A stretch of 64,000 nucleotides of DNA from an uncultured Methanosarcinaceae archaeon (GTDB lineage Archaea > Halobacteriota > Methanosarcinia > Methanosarcinales > Methanosarcinaceae), in the NCBI GenBank assembly GCA_963833425.1, contig CAWHXP010000013.1, positions 128,001 to 192,000 on the forward strand. Reading direction: 5' to 3'. Of this stretch, positions 1 through 11,458 are shown in pieces. Numbering within the stretch: the first letter of the stretch is position 1; every line of letters starts with the position of its first letter. The position numbers were made by a program, and so were the translations under genes. The notes below the pieces were generated by a model. The model had not been told where the DNA came from, searched no databases, and saw nothing but the letters and a program-made list of their open reading frames with translations.

Positions 1-625
1 CAGCTTCAAAAGCCTTAGCGTAATCATTATGGAGCCCCTCCGTGGAGGGAACCTCACAAGCCCCGTGCCTATCTGCTGTGGAAGATATCTGGGATAAGGC
101 TCTGACGAAGAGGACCGCTGCAGAATGAGCTATTCGCTGGGGATGGAACCATCAAGAGGTCACGGTTGTCCTTTCCGGGATGAATGAGGAAACACATATT
201 AAAGAGAATCTTTCAATAGCAGAAAAAGCATACCCAAATTTTTTGACTGAAGCTGAACTGCAGCTAGTAAAAAAAGTTGAGTGGAAGTACCATGAACTAT
301 GAAAGTAGGCTGTACAGGCCGTATATACTATATGCCCTGTCCAGGAAGGGTGAATATTCCATTTTGTTTTGAAGAGTATGACAATCTGTACATGTCCGAC
401 AATCCAGACGTGGCAAAGCAATACTATGCTACAAGGTTGAGTGGTGTCATATCTGTTGGAGAGCCCGAATTTGCATACCAGTGTGTACAATGTGGAAAAT
501 GCCTTGAAAAATGTCCTCAGAACCTTGACATACCAAAGATTCTCGAATCCGTTGTAGAAGAACTTGGAGGACCTGATCTGAAGAAGAGAATTGCTATAGC
601 AAAACATATATTCACCCGGTCTTAA
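1..625 (+). pseudogene. Aldo/keto reductase with C-terminal 4Fe-4S domain, 3' part, disrupted
   Basis: Manual translation across frames: IIMEPLRGGNL, frameshift near 70, AAE*AIRW (TGA in place of Trp), VTVVLSGMN, frameshift near 298, then CVQCGKCLEKCP ferredoxin motif. Confidence 0.8.
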
Positions 626-701
626 AAGCGAGAAATTCGAAGTGCTGAAAAGATAAATTGAAGATTTTTTTTAAGCTAACTTTATTGAAAGATTAAACAA
701 T

Positions 702-832
702 GAGCTCATCTCAAAACTCAAAATTGCCGCTTTGAATCCCGAAAGTGGGAAAATCAATTGAATTTCTGATCATAAAAAAACCGTCCTTAAACTCTTATTA
801 ACTCGAGAAAAAATTGATTTTGAGATGAAATC
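702..832. mobile_element. MITE-like element (~130 bp)
   Basis: Imperfect terminal inverted repeats GAGCTCATCTCAAAACTCA / TGATTTTGAGATGAAATC; no ORF. Confidence 0.55.
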
Positions 833-869
833 ATGGATTCATTTATCAAATGGATGAGAAGTGCAGGAC

Positions 870-1270
870 TTACGATTGAGAATCTCTCCCCTTTTACTAA
901 TATCCTGAAGATAAGAAGTGATTTCAGGATAGCTTTCTGAAATGCTGAAATATTAGCTTCTACCTCTGATTTAGATAATTCTATCCCTGATTCAGTTTTT
1001 AATCGCTTTACTAATCAGAAAAGGGCATTCCATATTTTAATCCGAAATTTATTGTTTTTGCCATACCCTTCATTTTGCTCTCTTTCTTGATATTTTCTAA
1101 AAAAGGTTGAATATTTTCGACCCCTTAGCTTATGGAGGTTCATATTTTTAAAATAAGCTTTTATGAACTAAGGCTCGTTTGCCATTTCCCCTAATATCCT
1201 TAGCTCAATATGTGTGGAGTCGCAAGCTACGATCTTATTTTCCGTCTCGGCAGTAATGATAGATCTCCAA
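870..1270 (-). pseudogene. Family A DNA polymerase (PolA-like) catalytic-domain fragment
   Basis: Minus strand gives IVACDSTHIELRILGEMANEP* (motif A like DYSQIELR), NLH, MAKTINFGLKYGM (motif B like KxxNFGxxYG), SYPEITSYL; stop and frameshifts present. Confidence 0.75.
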
Positions 1271-1910
1271 TTTTATTATTATCCCAAGTATCAGATAGGT
1301 TACAAATTATTTAAGGTACCTTTTATTATTCTTATAACTATCTAAATTTTATTATATTTCATTTCCATGTATACAGTGGCATATAATTTTGTTCCCAGGA
1401 ATGTGATGTCATGAACAAAACAAAAAGAAATTTATCAAATAAAAAAATATTTTTGTAGAAAAATAAGTCACTGAAAAAATAATGAATTTTATAGCCTTTC
1501 TCCGTAACAAATGCGGTAAAAATAGATATGCAATTGGCTTTAATTCTTTCACTGTAGAATATTATTGTATTAATACTTAGGCATATAATAATCTGTGAAA
1601 AGTGATCTGACAATAGCCAGGGCTAAAGCTGTTTATATTCCAATGAATACAACATCCCGTTCCTAGGCGAATGGCACCACTTCTGACATGGTGCCAAAAA
1701 CAGAGTCATTTCGCAAAGAATTGATGATCTAGTAGGCTGAAAGAAAACAAAAAATGCGAAAAGTCACGTCATTTTCTACTAAAGGAAGGGAGGGCAAAGG
1801 CACTCTATCGATGATGAAATGATTAATTATAATATTGTTTTCCCAAGATAATAATCGTATCTCTTCTAGAGATGTCGCGATAAGAAAAATAAGCGATTCG
1901 GAAAGAGTAA

Positions 1911-2750
1911 TTATTTAAAGCATTCGGCTCGCATGAAAAGATTTTGAGGGGATCTGTCAACTTCATCACAAATAATTCTGTGAGGAACAGAAAAAGGCAA
2001 GATGGAATATGCCTGATTATCAGTACATCGTAGACCCCAGGTATCATCTGTTAGCAGGAAATAGGAATCTTCAAGCCTTATACCCTTTGATTTCAGGACA
2101 GAAATAACTATTGGATCAGACAGATTTTTCCGAATCTCTTCTCCTACTTTTACCTGAGTGCCAGGCCCTCCCTTTTTTACAATATAAAGTAGCTCATTTG
2201 ATAGTGTGTTCTCCATGGTACGGATTACTAGCCTGTAGCAAATCTTTTTTTTAGTAGACAATTCCTCATCTTTTTCCAGATAAAAAACGGAACGTCCATT
2301 TCTGGCAATATCTGATAAAATATCTTCCTGCCGTGAAAAAGACTCAACTTTAAAAGTAGGAATATTCAGAAAAAAGATAGGAAATTTTTTAGAAAGGCTG
2401 TCAGCAATTACCTGATTTACTTTTTCTCTGGGTATGTATTCAAAGCTAACACGAGATCCCAAAAACTCCTTTTCGATTTTTTCCCTTTTGGCCTGAAAAA
2501 ACTTTACAGCCTCTGTGGAATCATTATAAATAATTATCTCCTTTTCATTCTTAGAAAATATGTTAGCCAGAGTGACTGCGAAATCAAGGGCTTCTAATTC
2601 GCAATTAAGATTATTTCCAAAGCGATTTTGGACCATAGTGGTGGATTGGTGGATCTGTCTGTTGTTTCGAAGCACCGTACAGCCAATATATGAGTCCTCA
2701 TTTCCATGATAAGAAGAATCACAGTACACTTCAAGCATGCTTAACTCCAT
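1911..2750 (-). CDS. RNase H-like fold protein with uncharacterised C-terminal domain
   Basis: 279 aa ORF; EVYCDSS...NNLNCELEAL...IYNDSTEAV...YIPREKVNQVIADSLSK matches the RNase HI D-E-D-D pattern. Confidence 0.7.
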   Translation of the reverse strand: MELSMLEVYCDSSYHGNEDSYIGCTVLRNNRQIHQSTTMVQNRFGNNLNCELEALDFAVTLANIFSKNEKEIIIYNDSTEAVKFFQAKREKIEKEFLGSRVSFEYIPREKVNQVIADSLSKKFPIFFLNIPTFKVESFSRQEDILSDIARNGRSVFYLEKDEELSTKKKICYRLVIRTMENTLSNELLYIVKKGGPGTQVKVGEEIRKNLSDPIVISVLKSKGIRLEDSYFLLTDDTWGLRCTDNQAYSILPFSVPHRIICDEVDRSPQNLFMRAECFK

Positions 2751-3056
2751 CTGACTAATACAAGAGCTTTATAATACTCAAACTCATAAGTATAAACAAA
2801 GCATATGAACTATGATATAATAAGGCTGTGAATCAATGATCAATGCTACTAATAAACTATCATCTAGAAATATGTTGCGTATTATTAAATAAAAGAAGTT
2901 CTCAGTTTTTGGTCGCCTTCTATTATTTGGTTTATTTTATTTCCAAAATGTACTTGTGCCGTGTTCCGAGCCTTTTGTTCTCACTTCATTGAAGCTATTT
3001 AGATAGGACTATATCAGTGAATGAAAACGCAAACTTTTGTTACATTGGAGACTTAG

Positions 3057-3565
3057 GAGAATTTCTATAAAATACCTGTTTACTTGTTTATTGGTAGATT
3101 AAAATCCGAAACAATAATTTTTACTCATGAAGACTTTTTCTTGATCCATTATTGGAGAAAAAAAGATGAGTATCAAGTTTTTGGGGACAAACTTCTGAAA
3201 TTGATACCTTAATTTATTAGAAACCTTTTGTATCATTTTTAAGCCGTATATTTAAACAAAACCGTTTTATGAGGATGACTGTAGCTGATATAATTGTTAT
3301 TTTTAGAATGTGTTTTTAAAGCAGTCGCGTAGTCTTTCAAATTTTGAACATGAAAACTAATTTTTGATCGACTTTTCTCAAGTAATTTATTGGTTTTTCT
3401 GGATACCAAACAATGCCACAATCTGGTCATTCGGCAAGAGAATCATTGATAACTGTGAAGAAAAATAAATATAAATACAGTTTTAAAATCAACTTTACTG
3501 CCGTGGTTTTAAAATAAAACAGAGAATGATTCATAACGCAACTTTTATCCATTCAGATCCCGGAA
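3057..3565 (+). mobile_element. Degenerate IS5-family remnant (family of 48831..49973)
   Basis: Left-end motif GAGAATTTCTATAAA; decayed similarity to the transposase through ATFIHSDPG. Confidence 0.65.
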
Positions 3566-3589
3566 CTTCATAAGTATATAAGTTCAAAA

Positions 3590-4081
3590 AAGCTTTTATC
3601 TGCACTTTTGTTTCTTGTTCCGATTTTGGATGGTTTGTAATCTTTGGGTATATTATAATACTTATTAATGAATTTGTTGATGGCAGGTGTGAAAAGCTTA
3701 TTGATCTTGATTTTATAGAAGACTTGAAACATGGAATCCTTATTCTTCTGAAGGCTCTTCCTTTACTATATCGTATATACAATTCTAATTTTTGCCGCAA
3801 ATTATGTAAGCGAAACTCTTGGATATATCATCGTCTTCCTGCTTGGATTCTTTGTGATCCTGATATTCATGGCTGACTTCTTCAGGAAACAGACCATTGT
3901 GTCTTTCTTTGAATTTTGCATACTGAACATCGTTAAAAATGATCTCGGGGATTATATCGTAACAGTACCGAAACAAGATGCACTTGGAATTGTCTTTGAA
4001 ATTCTCTCAATTGTTCTTATAGGCATTTTAGCAATGATTTTGACGAGCTCGAAATTTATTGCGAACTTCTATGGAAGATAG
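3590..4081 (+). pseudogene. DUF4013-like membrane protein fragment
   Basis: Frameshifted hydrophobic reading ...GWFVIFGYII...FFRKQTIVSFFEF...FIANFYGR; 5' end missing. Confidence 0.5.
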
Positions 4082-4399
4082 ATTAAACAAAAGAAAATTT
4101 TGACTTAAAAATATAATCTACAAATCTATCGGTATTCTAAATAGGAAAATTCATTTCGAGCTAGATTCTCATGGTTAAGTAATAATTCTTTAATTTTACC
4201 ACATAGCAGTTTTTTTACTTTTTATTATTACAGTGATTTAAATAAAAAATATGTATTGATCTCAAATTCAGATAAAATGCCGTATAATTTCGGATCAAAG
4301 TGAAAACATGAGGAGTTTTTATCACAAAATCTATGTAAATATCCATATTATATAGTCGCTATTTTATCAAATGATATAAGGGGATTTATAACGTGCACA

Positions 4400-5119
4400 C
4401 TTTTCTTACTGGTATCAAACTTGGAACTGAAGCACAAAAACAAGATCAAAAAAGTTCTTGCTGTTTTTTTAATCGACAAACCAGTGTTCTCACAAACAAA
4501 TAATGTTTTAACTAATATCTGTGCTTCTTTTTTGTTGATTTTCCATCCCAATATTACCTTTTACTTGTGTCTACTGATATTGGAGTTCTCAGGAGGCTTC
4601 TTTGAAGCTTCCCTGTTCTTCCGGAATGATAATAACTTGCATATGAACTCTTAAATCCTGTTGCATCAATCGCTGCAACATAGACATCTCTCCATACGAG
4701 TAAAACAGCTTTAGACTCCTTTACAGGAGAAAGTTAAACAGATAAGAGGGAAGCCGGATTACAAACTTTTGAAGGGTAGTGAAATGTGAAATCTTATCAA
4801 GACCAAGTTTTTCTTTTATATCGCTTATAAGGTCAATAAGTTCTCAAAATCTCGATAGTCTGTAATAATTATGCTCTTTCAATAAAACCAGTATAGAAGC
4901 TGATGCTGTGTATAAACGTGTTTTGAATGCTTGCAGGAATTAAGCTTCATTCTCGAAGACTGAACTGCTTCGAGGCTGGTATCAACAAATTTAATGTACT
5001 TATTAAACTTCAATATTGAATATTCCTTCGTTTTTAGCGAAAAAATAAGAAGAATATTATGACGAAACAGCAATAATACTATCGTGTAAAAGTTCAATTT
5101 AGAGCATTTCTACAGAGCC
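4400..5119 (-). mobile_element. Degenerate IS5-type element (family of 37327..38327)
   Basis: TIR GGCTCTGTAGAAAT at 5106-5119; fragments KFNKYIKFVDTSLE, DATGF and GWKI match the intact copy. Confidence 0.8.
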
Positions 5120-5570
5120 TTAATATGTTCTATTTTAGTACGATATATATATGTATAGTTATATGTAATATATCAGATATTATATACTATAGATAATTTT
5201 GATCAACCTAAATTTTTGGGTAATTGTCTATAAAAACAAATGTAAACAATGTTGAATTCGAAATCCATCAAAACTCTCTCGAATTAATCAGATACTCACA
5301 AATCATTCAATTATATCTTACTATCTATTTGTTTGCTTTAAGCTGCAAAGTATAATTATTCAAATGTTTATTTTAAACTAATCCCACGAACAAAAACAGT
5401 CTCTGAACTAAACTTACTTCTCCATGAAATGTTTTAAAATCCAAAAAGAAAATTATATTAATACTATTATGATTTAAAAGTATTTTATGTGAAAGTAATT
5501 TTTATTTCAAAACTATTATTGATATCATTTGTTTAAAATAATAGCTAGAATAAATGGATATATGGCTAAA

Positions 5571-5672
5571 AGAGGATTCCAATAAACAACCAAATTTTGT
5601 CAGATTCTTATAAATAAGCCATATAGTGCTATATCTAGGACTCGTAAAATCGGAGGTTTATCGAAATCCTCT
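5571..5672. mobile_element. MITE with IS5-type ends
   Basis: AGAGGATTCCAATAAAC ... GTTTATCGAAATCCTCT inverted ends resembling the TIR of 48831..49973; ~100 bp. Confidence 0.55.
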
Positions 5673-5927
5673 AAAGTGAACGGATAAAGAACAGATTGAG
5701 GAATAACCAAATATAATCTCAAAAAAAATTTCAAACAGAATTGAGTGGCTATCTAATAAAATGAGGCTCTATGAATCTATTTTACCATTTGCAGAAATCA
5801 CAGTAATTAAAGACAGAAAAGGAAAAGGGAGTTTCGAAAAAGAGGATATATGTAGGCAAATATAGAGTTGCTCAAAACGAATGAATATTAAGAGAGATGT
5901 TCAATCAAATGTTTCTTAAAATATTAA

Positions 5928-6524
5928 TTGATCAATGAGAAAACACTGATTTGTATGGATTTCACAAAAATACATATTCTATTGAATCTAAATGGAATGA
6001 TTTTTAACAGACTGCTCCGGGATGTTGCTGGTCCTTTCCTTTTAAGACAGTGGAAAAAGATGGATAAAGAAAACATTTTAACTATAGAGGATTACATGCT
6101 TCCTGAAATTTTTAGAATTCAGGCAGAAGCATTCAATCGTGAAAACAGGGAAAGACTCATAAACTATTCAAAGAGCTTCAGAGATATCTTCTATGTTATT
6201 AAGAATAAAGATAAGGTTATAGGCTACTGCTTTTATTATTTGAAACCGGCACTTTCATTTCAGGGTTTTGAGAAGCAATCGGTTCTTTTCGCGCTCGCAG
6301 TTGACATTAATTTTAGAGGGGAGGGTTTTGCTGAGAAATTATTGAAAGAAAGTATTGAGGAAATGAAACTAAATAGAATATCATTTATTACGTTATATGT
6401 ACAGATACACAATCATAGCGCTATACAATTATACAAAAAAATTGGTTTTAGGATAATTAATGAGACTAAAAATATATGTGGCTATGGGGAAATTTGTTAT
6501 AAAATGGAATTGAAACTCATTTAA
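5928..6524 (+). CDS. GNAT family N-acetyltransferase (RimI-like)
   Basis: LAVDINFRGEGFAEKLL acetyl-CoA motif and NHSAIQLYKKIGF; true start may be a downstream ATG. Confidence 0.85.
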   Translation: MINEKTLICMDFTKIHILLNLNGMIFNRLLRDVAGPFLLRQWKKMDKENILTIEDYMLPEIFRIQAEAFNRENRERLINYSKSFRDIFYVIKNKDKVIGYCFYYLKPALSFQGFEKQSVLFALAVDINFRGEGFAEKLLKESIEEMKLNRISFITLYVQIHNHSAIQLYKKIGFRIINETKNICGYGEICYKMELKLI

Positions 6525-6714
6525 TCCTTTTTTTTCTGATATTATATATAAATTTTCTCTAAATGAAATTGGCTATTAATCCATTTTTTTGGTTCTTAAT
6601 TCAGTATTTTACTAAAGAGTACAATAGGTGATTCTAAATACAAAATTATTTATTTTATCCTTATTAAACGTTGATTGACAACATAGTATATCTTTCTCAT
6701 TAAATTACACTGAA

Positions 6715-7732
6715 GAGGAATTCGATAAACACCTGTACATTTAAATATTGGAGAGTTTAAATCCCGTAACATTAATTTTTACTAATGAAAACTCTTATGA
6801 TTTGTTATTAATGAATAATACAAACATTTTCAGTCAGTTGATGGCAGACCAGATGAAATTAATTCTTTAGTTGATTGGAAATCTTTTCGTATCATTTCCG
6901 AGTCTATATAGTTTAACAAAACAATTTTCTGAGGCAGATCTATAGCTAACCTGATCATTATGCTTAAAATTTTTGTTTAAAATCATGCAATAATCCTTTG
7001 ATTTTGAACTTAAGAAATAATTTATTGGTCAAATTCTTTCAGAAAATTTTTTGGCTTTCCTGAGCACCTAAAAGACAGTACTGCAATTTTGTTATTCTTT
7101 GTCCATCACCTGGATATGCAAAAGCTGATAAACGTCGAGAAAATGAAGCAAAAACAAGGAGAAACAGAGATTGAACCTGGGGGAAAGGATGGGAAACACA
7201 TTTTGGATATAAATCCCATATAATAATGATAATAATAATTGGATCACGAGCTGTTCAGAAAATTCAAAACAACAACTGCGCCAGTACATGATTCGCATGT
7301 AGATTTGACAGAGGAAAATGACGTTGGTTACAGAGACAGAGTGTACTTTGTGGCTAAGTCAGTGGTGTAACGGTGAAAAGAGCAGTAAATGGATATTCTC
7401 TTGGATGTGTGATGTATTAAAAAACTAGAATATCATCTCAAAAAAGCTCAATGGAAACGAGTTTATGCCGAAACTAAAAGGGTATTCAAAGGAGAAAGTT
7501 ATTGTTACTACTGATCAAAGAGTAAATTTAAAGATTTTGTGTACAACTTTTTGTTATTATCTCTATCATTTGATGACATTGAAATAAAAGTAGCATTTTA
7601 AGGATAGCGGAAGCTATCTTTAAAATCAAAGAATAGTATCCCAGCAAAAAATTGGGTCAGATATAGAAAACAGCGAGAAAGATTTGGACAGCATTACTGC
7701 GAATAAACAAATCGGAGGTAGTCGAAATCCTC
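6715..7732 (+). mobile_element. Degenerate near full-length IS5-family element
   Basis: Ends GAGGAATTCGATAAAC and GTAGTCGAAATCCTC; internal sequence aligns by eye with 48831..49973; many stops. Confidence 0.75.
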
Positions 7733-8074
7733 TTATACATCCAAAACAATGAACAAATTTGTTAGGCATCTGCAGGAAATTATATTTATTTAAGAGCCCA
7801 TTGATTTGAAGCTTTGACAAGTTGTAATTTCATTGATGTTCATTTGTTTAAAAAGAGATAATTTTTTTTGAGTTTTATCAGTAACTATATATATTAAATA
7901 ATGTATTTTTTATTATAATCCACTAAAAACTATCGACCAAGCAATTCGAAAAAATAGAACATATACAGTTTAGCTATTGTTTTTTAATTGCATCTGTCAA
8001 CTAGGTGGATCGAAGCAAGAAATACTGATTTGGAAAATATTTGATTTATATAGTTATCCAAAGGAGAATTTTAG

Positions 8075-8419
8075 ATGAAAAAATACATTTTACCAATGGT
8101 TTTATTAGTTTTATTTGTAATACCAGCAGCTTTAGCGACAGGCAATGTAAAAGTTAATGATTTTTCTGCTAGTAATACAAGTGGGAATGTACCTTTACAC
8201 GTATATTTTAATGGTAGCGCTACCGGGGACGTCACTAACTGGCAATGGCAGTTTAAGAATGAAGAAACAGGAGCTATTACCCATAGCACTGCAAATGTGA
8301 CAACCGTCCACACTTTTGGCAAGCCTGGGGTTTATGGTGTCAACTTGACAGTATGGGGACCCGCGGGTAAAGATTCACTTTCAAAGCCACGTTATATAAC
8401 TGTTAGTAATAGCAATTAA
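8075..8419 (+). CDS. Secreted PKD-domain protein
   Basis: Signal peptide; DFSASNTSGNVPLHVYF, WQWQF, HTFGKPGVYGVNLTV PKD pattern; RBS AAGGAG. Confidence 0.85.
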   Translation: MKKYILPMVLLVLFVIPAALATGNVKVNDFSASNTSGNVPLHVYFNGSATGDVTNWQWQFKNEETGAITHSTANVTTVHTFGKPGVYGVNLTVWGPAGKDSLSKPRYITVSNSN

Positions 8420-9400
8420 AGTTCCTACTTACGTCTTTTTCTCTTTTCTTTCTTTATTGATGCAATTAGTGACTGCTGATAAAATTGTATTAATGCATGA
8501 TGAAACTATTAACGCAAATATATAAATATCAATTACTTTTTTATTTTCTCTCTTTTTAGTATGAAAATTTATTCATTTTCTTAGTTTCAGCCTAAATCTG
8601 AGACAATTTTGTACATGAATTTGGAGGGGAAATTAGATTTTGTTGGAATTATTGAATAATGAAAAGATAAAATGTTGCTTCCACATCAAATAAGGATTCT
8701 ATTGAGAAATTCTGTTAACGATCTCTGGTCATATTTGTCGCCATTTTTATCTGTTATATTTCGATTTTATCGCGATTCAGTTCTAAAATTCACTGATTTT
8801 TAATTTACTTTCATCACTAAATGTTGGAGTTGAAGCCAGATCAACCCCATTAAATTACAAGTTTCTTTAAATGAGCTTTGAGTCCCTTAAACTCAATAGA
8901 CGAGCACCTTCAACAATTCTTCTGATATGTCTGAGAATAAATCGAGTTCCGTAAAAACATGTTTTTGAATATTGACTTACCTTTTCGGGGATTATTGGTA
9001 AAGAAGAAATTTTAAATTTTTTATATTTATCATAAAGTTCTTTTGTGTCTTGTTTTATATTCTAACGCAATTGTATTATTTCTGTTCCTAAAGACATGAT
9101 CTTTTTTTATCATGAAAATTTAGTTCTGTATCAACTAACTAGGATGAAGTTATCATATTTACTGATGCAGAAGTTTTCATATAAAAACGGTGCATTTAAA
9201 GATTGCATATTAAATATGACTGACTTACCAAAAAAACATCTATTCAAGATATTATGAATATAATAGGACAGTAAACAAAAAATAAAAGTGTATTGGATAA
9301 AATGTAGAGAAAATTATGAATCCTGCCTTAGTTGAATAGTCATGGAAATTATTATTTCAGATATTTCTACAGAACCTAAATTCTGAAATTGTTTCTTTAT

Positions 9401-9628
9401 TTAGCATTTACCTTCTTTGATCATCTCCTGAACTTTTCGAACATCAGCTATAGCCTCTCTTTTAATTTCGATCATTTTTTCCATACCAGATATTTTCATT
9501 TCTAAAATTTTGATTGTTTTTTCCATTCTCATTAATGTAACTTTCTTTTTCTGTTCTTCAGTAAGAATTTCCCAGGTCTGAGTCATCAAAGTCTGTATTA
9601 TTGGGCCTTTTCCTGCTAAATCGTGCAT
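9401..9628 (-). CDS. Small hypothetical coiled-coil protein
   Basis: 75 aa ORF with AAGGAGA RBS just upstream. Confidence 0.6.
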   Translation of the reverse strand: MHDLAGKGPIIQTLMTQTWEILTEEQKKKVTLMRMEKTIKILEMKISGMEKMIEIKREAIADVRKVQEMIKEGKC

Positions 9629-9779
9629 GTGATATGTCTCCTTTAAGTTATTATATTTTTTTAAATTTATAATTTAAGACTGAATCAAATATGTTTTAAT
9701 ATTTCACCAGCTTTAGATATATATATACATATATGTATGTATATATATCATGCTTTTGACATTACTTTTTTAACAATTT

Positions 9780-10509
9780 TTAGGCCATCAATATTCTATT
9801 AAGAGCTGCTTTAATATTACCTTTGTATATACCACCATGGTAACAAATTATTTCCTCGATATCATAGTCAATAAGTTTTCTTATAGATTGTTTTGCTTGC
9901 TCAAAATCTAGAGTATACATTGACAGCGAGATCACAAGTTCATCATCTTGAATAAACAAAGCATCTCCCGCAATCAAGGTTTTGAACTAATATAAATACA
10001 AGCAGATATGACCATCTGTACGCCCTGGAGTTGAAACAATTTCAACATCACCACACCATGAAAATATATCATGATCATGAAGAATTCCATCGATATCAAC
10101 AGGTTCGTAGCTACTATATGATTGTTGTAGAACCCTTATTATTTCTTTTTGGCTTTCAGGGAGACTATCATATGTTTCACGTTGTTTTTGTAATTTTACA
10201 AATTCTTTTTCGCCATTAATATATGGTCTTTCTTTAATATCAGCAAGAACCTGTATACCATGATATTTACGCTTCAATTCTGCTAAAGAACCGACGTGGT
10301 CTAAATCTTGGTGTGTGAGAACTACTTTTGTTAGATTGTCTATATTCACACCTTGTGTCAGAGCATTTTCTTTGATTTTAGACACAGAACCTGGTGTACC
10401 ACAGTCTACCAAGACCATTTAGGTATCACTTTTTAAAATGACAGGATGGTATACTTTTATATTATCATTGTGAATCTGCTCGATCGTCAAAACTATCAGC
10501 TTATTCATT
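9780..10509 (-). pseudogene. MBL-fold metallo-hydrolase, two in-frame stops
   Basis: MNKLIVL...KSDT*(TAA 10419-21)MVLVDCG...THQDLDHVG...TPGRTDGH...LY*(TAG 9987-89)FKTLIAGDAL...CYHGG in one frame. Confidence 0.8.
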
Positions 10510-10798
10510 CTTACAACACCTATTTCAGTGATTGAATTGTATATTCTTCAATATTTATAGTTTGTTGGCAGTGCACAAAAGTTCTGTAAATTCCAAAGGA
10601 TCTTGTATCTATTTTTCTCCAAAACAAAAACAGTATTGTATTGTGTTAATTATACACAGATTTTATATCAAAAACTGTGCATCACTAAAAACAAGAAATT
10701 ATGTTATTTGTGGTAAATTTAAAGGGATTCTACAGAGCTGAAATATATTATTTTAATGAAAAAAAGCCAAGATGAAAAAATTATACAGGATATCTCGG

Positions 10799-11356
10799 TT
10801 ATTCGATCAGTACAAGGCAAAAGATGTTCATCATATCGGATACATCCGTCAATACTTCGATAGGATAGCCGTTATTCTTCACCGTGCTGTAAACGTCTAT
10901 ACCGCAACTTTCCATCGATGGTCTGGCAATCTTTGGATTCCTGCAATCCTTCAGTGTGCATTCAGGGCAAAGCTGACAGTGACCACCGCTTAGTGCAAAA
11001 GCCTTATAGTACCCAGCAAGGAAGATATCTCTCTCAAGCGTGTTGATGACCTTTGTGCTGTCCCTTGTGATGATCTTTATCCTATTTAGCAGGTCTTCCG
11101 TCGCTTTGTCGATATTTGGAGAAAAATGTACTAAAAGCGCGTATTCATAGCAATCTACCAGTTCCCTAGTCTCTTGATGTGTAGGTGAATTAGGCGGACA
11201 GCAAAGACTTTTGTTATACTCCGGACATCCATACCTGCACTTCCATCTGGTCCACGCCGCTGTGACTATACTATCTGTCTTAATAATCTTAGCATCGTGG
11301 GCGCCCAGCTTGACAGCCATCTCAACGAATTTTTGGTATTTTTCCAGATTACTCAC
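10799..11356 (-). CDS. DUF2284 cysteine-rich metal-binding protein
   Basis: KCRYGCPEYNKSLCCPP, GHCQLCPEC, RPSMESCGIDV motifs. Confidence 0.85.
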   Translation of the reverse strand: MSNLEKYQKFVEMAVKLGAHDAKIIKTDSIVTAAWTRWKCRYGCPEYNKSLCCPPNSPTHQETRELVDCYEYALLVHFSPNIDKATEDLLNRIKIITRDSTKVINTLERDIFLAGYYKAFALSGGHCQLCPECTLKDCRNPKIARPSMESCGIDVYSTVKNNGYPIEVLTDVSDMMNIFCLVLIE

Positions 11357-11458
11357 TCCTGAAAATCAGTTCTTTTTGTAAGAGTTATAATTCTTAATTT
11401 TTTAAAAAATTTATTATCAAATATTGAAATGGGAGTAATATCACTGAGCTAAAGACTC

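Noticed and set aside
9717..9749. AT palindrome GATATATATATACATATATGTATGTATATATATC
   Set aside because: Low-complexity (TA)n sequence is self-complementary by nature; no independent support for function
9987..9989. TAG in the MBL hydrolase as a pyrrolysine codon
   Set aside because: The same gene also has an in-frame TAA at 10419-10421, so ordinary pseudogenisation is more likely
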